DNA from: Deltaproteobacteria bacterium
GTDB lineage: Bacteria > CG2-30-53-67
NCBI GenBank assembly: GCA_013151235.1
Contig: JAADIO010000055.1
Span: 39,743-103,742 of the forward strand
DNA length: 64,000 bases
Direction of reading: 5' to 3'
The notes beneath the pieces were generated by a model. That model made no database searches. It was not told the origin of the DNA and saw only the letters and a program-made list of their open reading frames with translations. Position 1 is the first letter of the stretch, and each line of letters opens with the position of its first letter. A program made the position numbers and the translations under genes. Of this stretch, positions 51,327-61,468 are shown in pieces.

Positions 51327-51800
51327 TCAGAGCAGGCTTTTCAGATTAACCGACTGTTCCGCAGGAACCGTCCGCACTTCCACCCGGATCCCCGAATCGA
51401 GAATCGCCTGCAGTTCCATCAGATCGTCCTGGGAGGCATTGATGCCCTGTCCCAGAAACTGCGTTTTCCCCATCGAATGGAGACCACCCAAATTGACTTC
51501 CTTCAATGGAAGACCGCAGGAGATCGCCTTCCTCACATCCCGGGGATGACGGAAAAGGAGGATCCCCCGATATGATGAAAATTCTCCGGCAAGGCACCGA
51601 TCAACCGCCTCCCGCACCGGCAGAACCTCCGTACGCACACCGTAGGGGACCACCATCTCCATGAGACTGCACTGAAAGGCGTTTTCTGCCGCAGCATCGT
51701 CGGCAACCACCACCAGATCCGGATGAACGTAATGAAACCAGCCTTCGACCACCTGCCCATGAATCAGACGATCATCGATTCGACAAAGTACGATACCCAT
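51327..51800 (-). CDS. PTS mannose-family IIB component
   Basis: IVLCRIDDRLIHGQVV with the phosphorylatable His. Confidence 0.85.
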   Translation of the reverse strand: MGIVLCRIDDRLIHGQVVEGWFHYVHPDLVVVADDAAAENAFQCSLMEMVVPYGVRTEVLPVREAVDRCLAGEFSSYRGILLFRHPRDVRKAISCGLPLKEVNLGGLHSMGKTQFLGQGINASQDDLMELQAILDSGIRVEVRTVPAEQSVNLKSLL

Positions 51801-51853
51801 TATTTTCTTCCCGGGAGCCGGGACATTTCCGGCTCAGTCCATGAGCAGCTGCA

Positions 51854-52276
51854 TCAGGACCTCAGTCCCTGCTGCTCCTTCAGAAGTTCACTGGCCACAA
51901 TGATCCCCCGTTTGCCGGCCTCTTCGAGGAGACCGCACAATTCCAGCAGGGGCCCATCCTTTCGCATCGTCACCCCTTTGATCAGCATCGGGAGATTCAC
52001 GCCCGTCATCACCTCCACGGGAATCTCCGGGCTGTCCAGAAAGGAAAGGCCGATATTGGAAGGGGTGCCACCGAACATATCGGTCATCAGAATCACGCCA
52101 CTGCCCTGATTCACTTCCCCTATGGCTGAGGCAATCTCTTCCCGCGCGACCTCCACCGATTTATTAAAATCCACGGAGACGGTTTTCACACCCGTCTGTT
52201 TGCCCAGCATCCCCTCCATGCATTTGTATAACTCCGTACCGAGGTTTCCATGAGTCACGATGACCAGACCGACCAT
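51854..52276 (-). CDS. PTS mannose-family IIA component
   Basis: MVGLVIVTHGNLG (His10 region). Start set at the Met after the AAGGAG SD. Confidence 0.8.
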   Translation of the reverse strand: MVGLVIVTHGNLGTELYKCMEGMLGKQTGVKTVSVDFNKSVEVAREEIASAIGEVNQGSGVILMTDMFGGTPSNIGLSFLDSPEIPVEVMTGVNLPMLIKGVTMRKDGPLLELCGLLEEAGKRGIIVASELLKEQQGLRS

Positions 52277-52536
52277 CTCTCTTTTCTCCTTTCGACTGAA
52301 AACACACAAGACTGCATTCCGGAATTCACAATCCGGTTCACACATACCATAACACGAAGAATCAGGCCCTTGGTGGTCCTGTTCGCAAATACCGTGACGC
52401 ACCGAGAGGGTTGCAGGGTAGTCTCGTCAAGACGCGCGACTGAGGCGTACCCCTGTGGTACGGTGCAGGGAGCACAGCGAAGACAAGGCCGCCCTGCGGC
52501 ACTCAAATGCCACCGTATTCACAAATAGGGGGCCAC

Positions 52537-53406
52537 TTAGCCGCGTTCAATATCCCTGTACCATACGGCAACCCGACAGGAACCTGCTTCCAGATGGGAC
52601 CGGACGGCATCCGTAATCACCACCGAACGGTGCCGCCCGCCGGTACAGCCGATTCCCAGGGTCAGGTAGGATTTCCCTTCCCGCACATACTGCGGAATCA
52701 GGTAATCGAGAAAATCATAGAGCCGCTTCAGATATTCCCGGGTCCGGCTCTGCTCCAGGACATAACGGACCACGTCGGGGTCCCGGCCGGTTCGGCTGCG
52801 CAGATGTTCTTCAAAGTAGGGGTTCGGCAAAAACCGGACATCGAGCACCATATCCGCGTCGTGTGCAATCCCGTATTTAAAACCGAAGGCGACCAGCGTA
52901 ATCGACAGATTGTCATGATACAACGAGGTCTCAAAATGTTCCCGCAGGAGGTTGCGCAGATCATGAATCGAATAGTCCGACGTATCGATTACGATATCGG
53001 CACTTTCCTTGACGTCGGCCAGCATCTCCCGTTCCAGAACCAGCCCCTCCCGGACCGAAGATTCCGCCAGGGGATGTTTCCTCCGTGTTTCATTGAACCG
53101 CCGGATCAACACCTCCCGGGAGGCCTCTAAAAAAAGGATACGATAGTTCACGCCCCGCTTCCGGATGGCCTCCAACACCTCACGGTACCGCTTAAGAAAA
53201 CGTTTCTCCCGGATATCAACGACCAGAGCAACCTTGTCGATCTCGCTGCCCCGTTGTCCACACAATTCCAGAAATTTCGGAATCAGATCCAGGGGCAGAT
53301 TGTCGACACAGAAAAACCCCATATCTTCGAACTGTCCGATGGTCGTACTCTTTCCGGACCCCGAAATACCACTGATAATCACCAGGCTAAGCGTCTGTTT
53401 CTTCAT
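52537..53406 (-). CDS. rapZ: RNase adapter protein RapZ (YhbJ)
   Basis: LVIISGISGSGKST Walker A and the ~285-aa RapZ architecture. Confidence 0.9.
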   Translation of the reverse strand: MKKQTLSLVIISGISGSGKSTTIGQFEDMGFFCVDNLPLDLIPKFLELCGQRGSEIDKVALVVDIREKRFLKRYREVLEAIRKRGVNYRILFLEASREVLIRRFNETRRKHPLAESSVREGLVLEREMLADVKESADIVIDTSDYSIHDLRNLLREHFETSLYHDNLSITLVAFGFKYGIAHDADMVLDVRFLPNPYFEEHLRSRTGRDPDVVRYVLEQSRTREYLKRLYDFLDYLIPQYVREGKSYLTLGIGCTGGRHRSVVITDAVRSHLEAGSCRVAVWYRDIERG

Positions 53407-54361
53407 GCTGACGGGAAATCCTCTTCATCAGCCGTTCTTCAAAACGGCGGGCGGAGAAATGACCGGCCGATTTCAGAAGATGGTTCCGGGCCGCCACTTC
53501 TATGATCAACGCCATGTTTCGTCCGGGCCGGACCGGCATCTGCAAAAAAGGTTTCGGGACATCCATAATCCTGTAGGCCCGCTCATCGAGCCCCAGTCGT
53601 TCGACATTGTCTCCGGGGGCCCACTCCATCAGTTCCACCACCAACTCGATTTCCTTTTCATGCTGTATGGACGAAACCCCATAGAGGTCCTTGATGTTAA
53701 TCACCCCGAGGCCCCGGATTTCCATGTGCCGCCGGGTCATCTCCGGGCTTTTCCCCATCAGGGTTTCCGGTCCGTTCTTCCAGATGGTTACGGCATCATC
53801 CGCAACCAGGCGATGTCCCCGGTCGATCAGGTCAAGGGCACACTCACTCTTGCCGATCCCGCTCTTGCCGAGGATCAAAATACCGACACCGTAAACATCG
53901 ACCAGGACCCCCGGTCTTGTCAGGTGCCGCGCCAGGGCCTTCTCCAGGTACGAAGTCACCTGTTGAATACAATGCGAGCTGAAATGGGGGGTCAGGAGCA
54001 GAGGAATATTTCGGTCCTCGCAGACCGCAACCAGTTCTTCCGGAATTTCCAATCCCTTGGTCACGATACAACAGGGGAGCGGGGATTGACTGAACTTGAG
54101 CAGGTTCTCTTTGCGGTCGGCGGGTGAAAGCCTGAAGAGGTAGGAGATCTCCGTCTCCCCGATAATCTGGATCTTGGCGGTATCGATATGCGCCGTATAG
54201 CCCGTCAGGGCCATACTCGACTTCTGGATACGGGGCTTCCGGATCGGGTTTCGCTTCCCTTCTCTGCCGGCGATCCACTCCAGATCCAGCTTGGATCGGT
54301 TGGCCTCAAAGAGATCCTCCACCGAAATCTCACATTTGAATCCTTCATGATCGGAACGCAT
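53387..54361 (-). CDS. hprK: HPr kinase/phosphorylase
   Basis: GVGILILGKSGIGKSECALDLI P-loop and HprK C-terminal domain. Confidence 0.9.
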   Translation of the reverse strand: MRSDHEGFKCEISVEDLFEANRSKLDLEWIAGREGKRNPIRKPRIQKSSMALTGYTAHIDTAKIQIIGETEISYLFRLSPADRKENLLKFSQSPLPCCIVTKGLEIPEELVAVCEDRNIPLLLTPHFSSHCIQQVTSYLEKALARHLTRPGVLVDVYGVGILILGKSGIGKSECALDLIDRGHRLVADDAVTIWKNGPETLMGKSPEMTRRHMEIRGLGVINIKDLYGVSSIQHEKEIELVVELMEWAPGDNVERLGLDERAYRIMDVPKPFLQMPVRPGRNMALIIEVAARNHLLKSAGHFSARRFEERLMKRISRQHEETDA

Positions 54362-54474
54362 GGAACCCCCCTGCCTTTCAGGCTACAGTCGAGCCAGGGC
54401 CGTTGACGACTCTCCGGGGATCGTTTCTGAAAAGAACGGACGGAACAAAAAATGACGGAGGCGGAAAAAGGATT

Positions 54475-54942
54475 TTAGGATCCGTATTTCTCATCTTCCT
54501 CGCAGATCAATTGATAAAGTTCCTTGGCGGAGCCGGCCTCCAGAAGGCGATCCCGAAACTCCCTGTTTTTCAAGACACGGGAAATTCGCGCCAAGGCCTT
54601 CAAGTGGTCTCCCGGTGAATCTTCCGGGGCAATAAGGACGAAAAAAATATGAACCGGTTTCCCGTCCATGGCATCAAAGTCTACCCCCTTGTGAGAGATG
54701 CCGCAAGCCAGAACCAGACGGTCCATGTTTTTCAATTTGCCGTGGGGAATGGCAATCCCTTCGCCGATTCCGGTACTCCCCAGAGCTTCCCGTGCCAGGA
54801 TCACCTCTAAAAAACCGTTTTGATCCCGGATTTTTTCCCGGGAATCAAGCAAGGCGGCAAATTCGTTTAAAACCTCTCGTTTATTTTCTCCCTGAAGATC
54901 GGGCAGGACCAGTTCCAGATCCAGAATATCCGTCAGTCTCAT
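54475..54942 (-). CDS. ptsN: PTS IIA-Ntr (nitrogen regulatory IIA)
   Basis: PTS EIIA type-2 fold with the GIAIPHGK active-site His region. Confidence 0.85.
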   Translation of the reverse strand: MRLTDILDLELVLPDLQGENKREVLNEFAALLDSREKIRDQNGFLEVILAREALGSTGIGEGIAIPHGKLKNMDRLVLACGISHKGVDFDAMDGKPVHIFFVLIAPEDSPGDHLKALARISRVLKNREFRDRLLEAGSAKELYQLICEEDEKYGS

Positions 54943-55022
54943 ACTTGACCTCTTATTATTTTCTCTATTACCTGCGCCACCCCGATCCACTGCTGCCGGG
55001 TTCTCCGGATGTTCCCGCTCCC

Positions 55023-55586
55023 TTACTCGTACACCGGTTCAATCAACCCGAGATTCCCATCCTTCCTGCGATAGAGCACATTAACCTCTTCCGACGTTGA
55101 GTCCGTATAAACAATAAAATCCTTATCCAGCAGATCCATCTGCAGCGCCGCTTCATCCACGGACATCGGTTTCACGGCATATTTCCGTGACCGAATGATC
55201 CGGGGTTTGGAAGGATTAAAACCTTGTTCCAGCTCTTCCCCTTCCGCTCCTGCGGCCGGATCCTGAATCAAGGCCTCATCCGGCAGCCCGCTCTTCCCTT
55301 TTCCGTCCCAATGCTTTGATTTGAAGCGTTTAAACTGTTTCCCAACGCTCTCGATCGAACGATCCACCGACTGGTACATATCTTTGGTTTCTTCCTTGGA
55401 CTGCAGCAGATGACCTCCCACATTACAGGAAACCTCCGCAATGTGTCGATATTTTTCCACACAGAGAGTTACCTGGACTTCCGCTTCTTTGTGAAAATGA
55501 CGTTGCAGTTTTTTTAATTCCTTCTCAATATGCGATCGCAGGCCGTCGGTCAACTCCATATGTCTTGCAGTAATGTTCAATTGCAT
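55023..55586 (-). CDS. hpf: Ribosome hibernation-promoting factor (long HPF)
   Basis: MQLNITARHMELTD...HIEKELKKL N-terminal RaiA/HPF domain plus a C-terminal extension. Confidence 0.9.
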   Translation of the reverse strand: MQLNITARHMELTDGLRSHIEKELKKLQRHFHKEAEVQVTLCVEKYRHIAEVSCNVGGHLLQSKEETKDMYQSVDRSIESVGKQFKRFKSKHWDGKGKSGLPDEALIQDPAAGAEGEELEQGFNPSKPRIIRSRKYAVKPMSVDEAALQMDLLDKDFIVYTDSTSEEVNVLYRRKDGNLGLIEPVYE

Positions 55587-55743
55587 AGTCTTTCCCCTTT
55601 CTCGTCATCCCCTCGGTGTCCGGGAAACAGAGTCGAGACGAATGTTCGGTCCACCCAATTGATTTGAGTCGAATCGGATCGATTCAGAAAAGACCCCTTT
55701 CGAATCGTGGGTCATCGTTGCAGTGATACAAAAAACAGCCAAA

Positions 55744-57168
55744 TTACCGGATCATTCTTCTTCTTTCCGTTGTGGAAAGAATATTCTGCTCGATACGATA
55801 TTTCGTGACCGTTCTCCGGGCAATATCTATCCCCTGCTTTTGAAGAATCTCAACAATCTTCTGGTCACTGAGCGGTTTCTTCCGATCTTCCTCCATGATA
55901 ATCTTGCGAATCTGTTCCTGAACACTGATCGACGAAACCGTCCCATCCTCCGTACGAAGGCCGCTGCAAAAGAAATATTTCAGCTCGAAGATCCCGTGGG
56001 GCGTATGGACATATTTGTTGGTCGTCACCCGGCTGATCGTGGACTCATGCATATTGATGTCCTCCGCTACATCCCGCAGCACCATCGGCTTCAAACGCGA
56101 AGGTCCCTTCTCAAAAAAATCCCGCTGAAATTTCAGGATGCTTTCCATGGTCCGGTAGATGGTCTTCTGCCGCTGTTCAATACTCCGAATCAACCAGAGG
56201 GCGGACTTGAACTTCCCCTCTACATATTCCGCCGTGGACCGATTCATCTGGTTCTTATTTTTCAACATCCGACGATAAAAGGAAGAGACTCTGAGGCGCG
56301 GCAAGCCATCATCGTTCAGGAGAATGAGAAAATCATTTTCATCGCGGACCACATAAATGTCCGGGATAATATAGACCGGGTCCTCCCCGCCGAACGAGCG
56401 GCCCGGTTTGGGTTCAAGGTTCTCAATGACCCGGGATGCCGTGTCGACATCCTCCAGCGTTACCTCCAGTTTTCGGGCAATGGCGGCATAATCCTTTTTC
56501 TGCAACCATGGAAGATAATCCTTGATCATGGCTTCCACCAGCGGCAGATCGGCATCCAGTTGCCGGACCTGAAGAAGTAGACACTCCTGTAGATCTCTGG
56601 CACCTACACCGACGGGATCCAGACTCTGGACAAGGTCCAGCGCCCGTGCAATGGTCTCCGCTTCCGCCCCCGTCATCGTCTCCAACTCCGTCTCGCTCAC
56701 GCGCAGATAGCCGTCCCCATCCAGATTACCGATGATGTTTTCCGCGATCATCTTCTCTTCATCGCTTATGTGGGAGAGGTTCAATTGCCAAAGAAGGTGC
56801 TCACTCAAACTGGGTTTACGGGAAAGGGTATTCTCGTAGGAAGGGGTCTCACCATTGTCGGAATAGGGCTCATAGGCCTCGTAACCGGACCCCATGGAAT
56901 CCTTCAGGTAGTGCTGCCAGTCAAAATCTTCCTCTTTTCGCTCCGGTTTACCGTCCTCTTCCGATTCTTTGTTGAGCGTGGCCCCTTTTTCCTCTTCCGT
57001 TAATTCCTGTGCTTCTTCTTCCAGGACCGGGTTTTCCACCAGTTCCTGATGGATACTCTGGATCAATTCCAATTTCGAGAGCTGGAGGAGCTTGATCGCC
57101 TGCTGAAGTTGGGGGGTCATCACCAGCTTCTGAGTCAGTTTCAGGTTGAGTCTCGTGTCTAATTGCAT
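55744..57168 (-). CDS. rpoN: RNA polymerase sigma-54 factor
   Basis: LKLTQKLVMTPQLQQAIKLLQLS region I, and the RpoN box ARRTVTKYR at the C-terminus. Start set at MQLDTRL. Confidence 0.95.
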   Translation of the reverse strand: MQLDTRLNLKLTQKLVMTPQLQQAIKLLQLSKLELIQSIHQELVENPVLEEEAQELTEEEKGATLNKESEEDGKPERKEEDFDWQHYLKDSMGSGYEAYEPYSDNGETPSYENTLSRKPSLSEHLLWQLNLSHISDEEKMIAENIIGNLDGDGYLRVSETELETMTGAEAETIARALDLVQSLDPVGVGARDLQECLLLQVRQLDADLPLVEAMIKDYLPWLQKKDYAAIARKLEVTLEDVDTASRVIENLEPKPGRSFGGEDPVYIIPDIYVVRDENDFLILLNDDGLPRLRVSSFYRRMLKNKNQMNRSTAEYVEGKFKSALWLIRSIEQRQKTIYRTMESILKFQRDFFEKGPSRLKPMVLRDVAEDINMHESTISRVTTNKYVHTPHGIFELKYFFCSGLRTEDGTVSSISVQEQIRKIIMEEDRKKPLSDQKIVEILQKQGIDIARRTVTKYRIEQNILSTTERRRMIR

Positions 57169-57227
57169 AGGGGTCTGAGTTCCTCTCTTATGATCCAGCG
57201 TAAGACAGTCATGTCGAGACTGACCGG

Positions 57228-57980
57228 TCAAGCAATTTCAAAGTTTTTTCCAAGGTACTGATTCCGTACCACCGGATCTTTCGTTACTTTTTCGGGAGGG
57301 CCACTTACCTGAATTTCACCTTTGATCATTATATACAACCTGTCGGCAATTTTCAACATTTCTCTCGCATTATGGTCCGTAATCAGAAGGCCAATCCCTT
57401 TTTCTTTCAATCGTTTAATCATCTCTTCGATCTCTCCCACAGCAATGGGGTCAATCCCGGCAAAGGGCTCGTCGAGGAGGATGAAGGAGGGAGAAATCAC
57501 CAGGGCCCGGGCAATCTCCACCCTTCTCCGCTCCCCGCCCGACAAGGTAAACCCCTTCTGTTTCCGAAGGTGGGCAATCCCGAAATCACGCAGCAAAGAT
57601 TCCAGACGGTCCTTTTTCTCACCGGTCGAAAGATGCATGTTCTCCAGGATCGCCTTCAGATTCTGCTCTACCGTCAACTTCTGAAAGATCGACGCCTCCT
57701 GCGGAAGGTAACTGATCCCTTTTCGGGCACGCTGCACCATCGGATACCGGGTAATCTCTTCCTCCCCCAGAAAGACTCGTCCCCGGTCCGAACGAATCAG
57801 CCCCACCATCATGTAGAAGGTGGTCGTTTTCCCGGCCCCGTTCGGCCCGAGAAGGCCGACGATCTCACCGGGAGCGATCGTAAGATTTACATCCCGGACG
57901 GCCTCGCTTCCATGATAACGCTTGAGCAACCCTTCGGCAAGCAGCACCGGACCGGCAGGGTTCCCGACGGCATGCATCAT
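57228..57980 (-). CDS. lptB: LPS export ABC transporter ATP-binding protein
   Basis: GLLGPNGAGKTT Walker A, LSGGERRRVEIARAL signature and the position upstream of rpoN. Confidence 0.9.
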   Translation of the reverse strand: MMHAVGNPAGPVLLAEGLLKRYHGSEAVRDVNLTIAPGEIVGLLGPNGAGKTTTFYMMVGLIRSDRGRVFLGEEEITRYPMVQRARKGISYLPQEASIFQKLTVEQNLKAILENMHLSTGEKKDRLESLLRDFGIAHLRKQKGFTLSGGERRRVEIARALVISPSFILLDEPFAGIDPIAVGEIEEMIKRLKEKGIGLLITDHNAREMLKIADRLYIMIKGEIQVSGPPEKVTKDPVVRNQYLGKNFEIA

Positions 57981-58519
57981 TTCCCGGCCCCTTCTTCCCC
58001 GGTCTTTTTTCCTTTCCCCGGATAAAAGAGAAATTTCGGCCGTTCCACCGTATTGCCCTCCACCTCCGTCCGGTCTTCATTCAGGTAGATCCTGATCACC
58101 GGCCCGATCAGGGTATTGTCACCATCGTAGACCTTGGCGTTCCCCGTCAATACCAGGATCTCCCCTTCTTCCAGATACTCCGCCCGATCCGCCACGGAAG
58201 AGCGCGTCCCGCTGATCACTTTCACATGTCCCGTCGCCACCACCCGTTTCAGATCCTTCCCTTTGTTCTCCGGATAAGTTTCCACCTTGTCTGCATAAAG
58301 AATCATCTCTCCCCGTACGACCTTGACATGGTCCAGAAAGGTAATAATTCCCGACTCGAAGTTGCCTTCCATTCTCTCCGAGGTAATGATAATGGGAAGG
58401 TCCTTTCCGGGGGGTTGCCCCGCAGCGATCACGGGAAGGAGAAGGGAGAGGCACAAAACCACCGCACACTTCAACCGCCCTGCTCTGAACCGAATTCTTC
58501 TTCCATTCATCCTTGCCAC
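57977..58519 (-). CDS. lptA: LPS transport periplasmic protein LptA (OstA-like N-terminal domain)
   Basis: Signal peptide, OstA-like beta-jellyroll pattern and the conserved lptC-lptA-lptB order. Confidence 0.7.
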   Translation of the reverse strand: MARMNGRRIRFRAGRLKCAVVLCLSLLLPVIAAGQPPGKDLPIIITSERMEGNFESGIITFLDHVKVVRGEMILYADKVETYPENKGKDLKRVVATGHVKVISGTRSSVADRAEYLEEGEILVLTGNAKVYDGDNTLIGPVIRIYLNEDRTEVEGNTVERPKFLFYPGKGKKTGEEGAGK

Positions 58520-59106
58520 TCCTTGCCGGAACCGGGTCCGGGCAGGATCACCATCCGGACATGTCCCTCCACTTCCAGCTTTTTTCGATCCGGCCAGTAT
58601 CGTATCCGGTCGCCCCGAACCTGATCACAAGCCGTCTTCAGCCGAACCGGTTGATCCGAAGAGAGGAGACCTTTCCCCGCCTCCCAGACCAGTTGCTTGG
58701 CATAAAGAGTATACCCGGAATCGCTTTGCACCGTAACATCACCGCGTAAAACAACACGCTGTTTTTTCTCCCAATAGTCCCCTTTGCGTCCCGCCATGCG
58801 CAGCACATCTCCCTTCTCCAGCAACACCTCGATTTTCACCTGGTCCATATGGACCCGGGAATCCTTCAGGAACCGCTCCGCCCGGTCCGCCCGAATCTCC
58901 CACTTCCGCTCCCCTTGTTCCCGCTCGGTAAAATGAAATTTTCGAAAGGAGACCTCCGCCCGCTTTTCAACCCGTTGCCGGAATCCTTCTACACCCTTTT
59001 CCCGGCCTTTCCCGGGAATCATCCGGAAAAACAGGATGAGAAGAAAGAGGATCGCTACCAGAAGAAAAAGAGAGTATTTTGTCTTTTTCACTGCAATAAC
59101 AGGCAT
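58507..59106 (-). CDS. lptC: LPS export protein LptC
   Basis: N-terminal TM anchor followed by an LptC-like periplasmic domain, with gene-order support. Confidence 0.65.
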   Translation of the reverse strand: MPVIAVKKTKYSLFLLVAILFLLILFFRMIPGKGREKGVEGFRQRVEKRAEVSFRKFHFTEREQGERKWEIRADRAERFLKDSRVHMDQVKIEVLLEKGDVLRMAGRKGDYWEKKQRVVLRGDVTVQSDSGYTLYAKQLVWEAGKGLLSSDQPVRLKTACDQVRGDRIRYWPDRKKLEVEGHVRMVILPGPGSGKEWQG

Positions 59107-59163
59107 TTATGACCTCAAGATGGCCTGAGTATAACACAGATCAGGGGTGCTCACAACCGAATC

Positions 59164-59820
59164 TCACGGCAATTTCCCAACCCCGGGACCCGCGATCAGA
59201 AGGATCCTGATTTTTCGCAATATCGCCCGGGCCTCCGAACCGGAGAGCTTTTCTTCCGGGTTAAAATTCCCCGCTCCATCGAGATCCATGATCCCCATGG
59301 CAAGGAGCCTTCGCACGACCGGATAGAGAAGATGTCCCTTCGGCAGATCCAGCGGCCCTCTGCCGCTCTCCGGCAGCGGGCTTGCTTCCACCCCGCCCTG
59401 TTCAAGGAGCGCATCAAAAATTCCGGCCGCATCCCCCCGCGTCACGGGGAGATCCGGCTGGAAGCGATGACCGGCCTGAGCGGACATCCACCCCAAACGG
59501 ACCACCTGGATGATCTCCTTTCTCGCCCAGTGGTTCGACACATCAACAACGATTTTCTCTCCTGACCGTTCGGGAAGACTGCCGGCAGGAATCTCCATCA
59601 ACATCAGGACGGCCAGTCCCGCCCGGGTAAGGGTCCGCACCTTCTTCAAGGGCGTCAGTTCCGGAGGAAGCGAGACCGGCCGGAGGATCCCCTCCATGGG
59701 CAGCGATCCTTTCATCGGCCCTGTCCCGGGAAGACATCCACAAAACATGAGGAGGAAACAAATCCGGAGGAAAAAAGAAATGTAAAAAGAACGCTGTCCT
59801 TGATGCTCCATGTCGTGCAA
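59164..59820 (-). CDS. Secreted protein/lipoprotein with two S-layer-homology (SLH)-like domains
   Basis: Signal-peptide-like N-terminus, plus VDVSNHWARKEIIQVVRLGWM...FQPDLPVTRGDAAGIF and a second YPVVRRLLAMGIMDLDGAGNFNPEEKLSGSEARAIL segment matching the SLH consensus. Confidence 0.5.
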   Translation of the reverse strand: MHDMEHQGQRSFYISFFLRICFLLMFCGCLPGTGPMKGSLPMEGILRPVSLPPELTPLKKVRTLTRAGLAVLMLMEIPAGSLPERSGEKIVVDVSNHWARKEIIQVVRLGWMSAQAGHRFQPDLPVTRGDAAGIFDALLEQGGVEASPLPESGRGPLDLPKGHLLYPVVRRLLAMGIMDLDGAGNFNPEEKLSGSEARAILRKIRILLIAGPGVGKLP

Positions 59821-59837
59821 CCCCGCCGTGCCGTCGG

Positions 59838-61436
59838 TCAGTCAATCGATTCTGTTTTCCTGACCGAAGGAAACTGGGATCGATCGGTATGAGGAAGAAA
59901 GAGGGCGGCACTAAGCAGACTCATGAACTCCCCTTCCACATTTAACTCCACATAGGTAATCCTCCGGCAGATTTCGTCCAGTTCCTCCCGCCGGGCGTTG
60001 GACAGAAGGGTCAGGCAGGCCCCGGTCACGGAACTGTTTTTCAATGGTCGATAGCGTTCGAGGGGGATGTCGGGCAGCATCCCGATATTCCGGGCGGACT
60101 CCGGATCGATATACCCCCCGAAGGTCCCCGCCACATGGAAATGCTCGAGATCCCCGAAGGAGACCCCGGCATATCGGGTGATCACCGTCAACGCCGTATA
60201 CATGGCCCCCTTGGTCCGGAGCAGGTTGTTGATATCGAGTTCCGTCAGAAGGATCTCCTCCCCACACCCCGTCGCTTCCGCCGGGACAACCCGGTAGGCC
60301 TTCACTCCATCCTTTTCCACGACAAATGGCCCCTCCGACGCAAACTTTCCCCGTTCGTCGATAACACCTGTCCGAAAAAGCTCGGCCATCAGGTCGATCA
60401 GCCCCGATCCGCAGATCCCCACGGGCGGGACGTCTCCAATCACCGTACAGCGGGACTCTCCGCTCTCCCCATCGATTCGGACGGACTCAATGGCCCCGTC
60501 GGCGGCACGCATCCCGCACCGGACCACTCCCCCCTCCAGGGCCGGCCCGGCGGCACCGGCGGCCACCATCAGCCACTCCCGGTTTCCCAGGACGATCTCG
60601 GCGTTCGTTCCCACATCAACGAGGATCGATACCGATTCCGCCCGGTGCATCCCCGAGACCAGGATCCCGGCGATCACATCCCCGCCGACGTAGCTCCCCA
60701 CGTTCGGAAGAGAGTAAAGAAGAGCCTTTGAATTTCCGGTCAGTCCGACCGTGCGTGCGGGATAGATATCGGGCCGGTTCACCACGGGAAGATAGGGCTC
60801 GCGGCAGATTCGGAGCGGGGAGAGACCGAGCAGGAGGTGAATCATGGTGGTATTGCCGGCAACGGCGTAGGCGTAGATGTGCCGGGAATCGATGCCGTGC
60901 CGGTCACAGAGGGCGCCGATCTCCCGGTTCATGGCATCGATAACCACCTGCTGAAGCTCCCGCAGTCCTTCCGGCCGCCGGCAGTGGTGGATCCGGCTTA
61001 AGATATCCTCCCCGAAACGGACCTGTGGATTTTCCTCCGCCCATTCCTCCAGCACGCGTCCTCCGGTCAGATCGATCAGGGAATAGACAATATTGGTCGA
61101 CCCGAGGTCAACGGCCACACCGAAGTTCTCCCGGCTCCGGTCACCGGGCTCCACATCGAGGAGTTCCCAGTCGGTGCGGCAACGTCCCACGGTCAGGGTC
61201 AGGGCGTACCCCTGCGTATGGAGCAGATCGGAAATCTTTTCCGCCAGGGGAAGAGAGACAACGGGGCGGGAAAATTCGCCGGTCCGTTCCAATGTGTCCA
61301 GCACCCGGTCGACATCACCCCGGTTGTCGCCGAGGACCGGGGTAGGAATCTTCAGCGGGACCTTCCGAACCAGGGGATCGAGATCCTCCGATGGAAGGAG
61401 GGGGCTTGCATCATGCAGGTTGCGCTCTTTCATCAT
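59838..61436 (-). CDS. ASKHA-fold protein of the RACo (corrinoid reductive activase)/DUF4445 type, lacking an N-terminal [2Fe-2S] domain
   Basis: VAVDLGSTNIVYSLIDL and VDVGTNAEIVLG phosphate-binding motifs typical of the RACo C-terminal ATPase domain. There is no N-terminal Cys cluster. Confidence 0.65.
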   Translation of the reverse strand: MMKERNLHDASPLLPSEDLDPLVRKVPLKIPTPVLGDNRGDVDRVLDTLERTGEFSRPVVSLPLAEKISDLLHTQGYALTLTVGRCRTDWELLDVEPGDRSRENFGVAVDLGSTNIVYSLIDLTGGRVLEEWAEENPQVRFGEDILSRIHHCRRPEGLRELQQVVIDAMNREIGALCDRHGIDSRHIYAYAVAGNTTMIHLLLGLSPLRICREPYLPVVNRPDIYPARTVGLTGNSKALLYSLPNVGSYVGGDVIAGILVSGMHRAESVSILVDVGTNAEIVLGNREWLMVAAGAAGPALEGGVVRCGMRAADGAIESVRIDGESGESRCTVIGDVPPVGICGSGLIDLMAELFRTGVIDERGKFASEGPFVVEKDGVKAYRVVPAEATGCGEEILLTELDINNLLRTKGAMYTALTVITRYAGVSFGDLEHFHVAGTFGGYIDPESARNIGMLPDIPLERYRPLKNSSVTGACLTLLSNARREELDEICRRITYVELNVEGEFMSLLSAALFLPHTDRSQFPSVRKTESID

Positions 61437-61468
61437 GGACTCTCGGTAACATTCAGAGGAAGGGCCTC

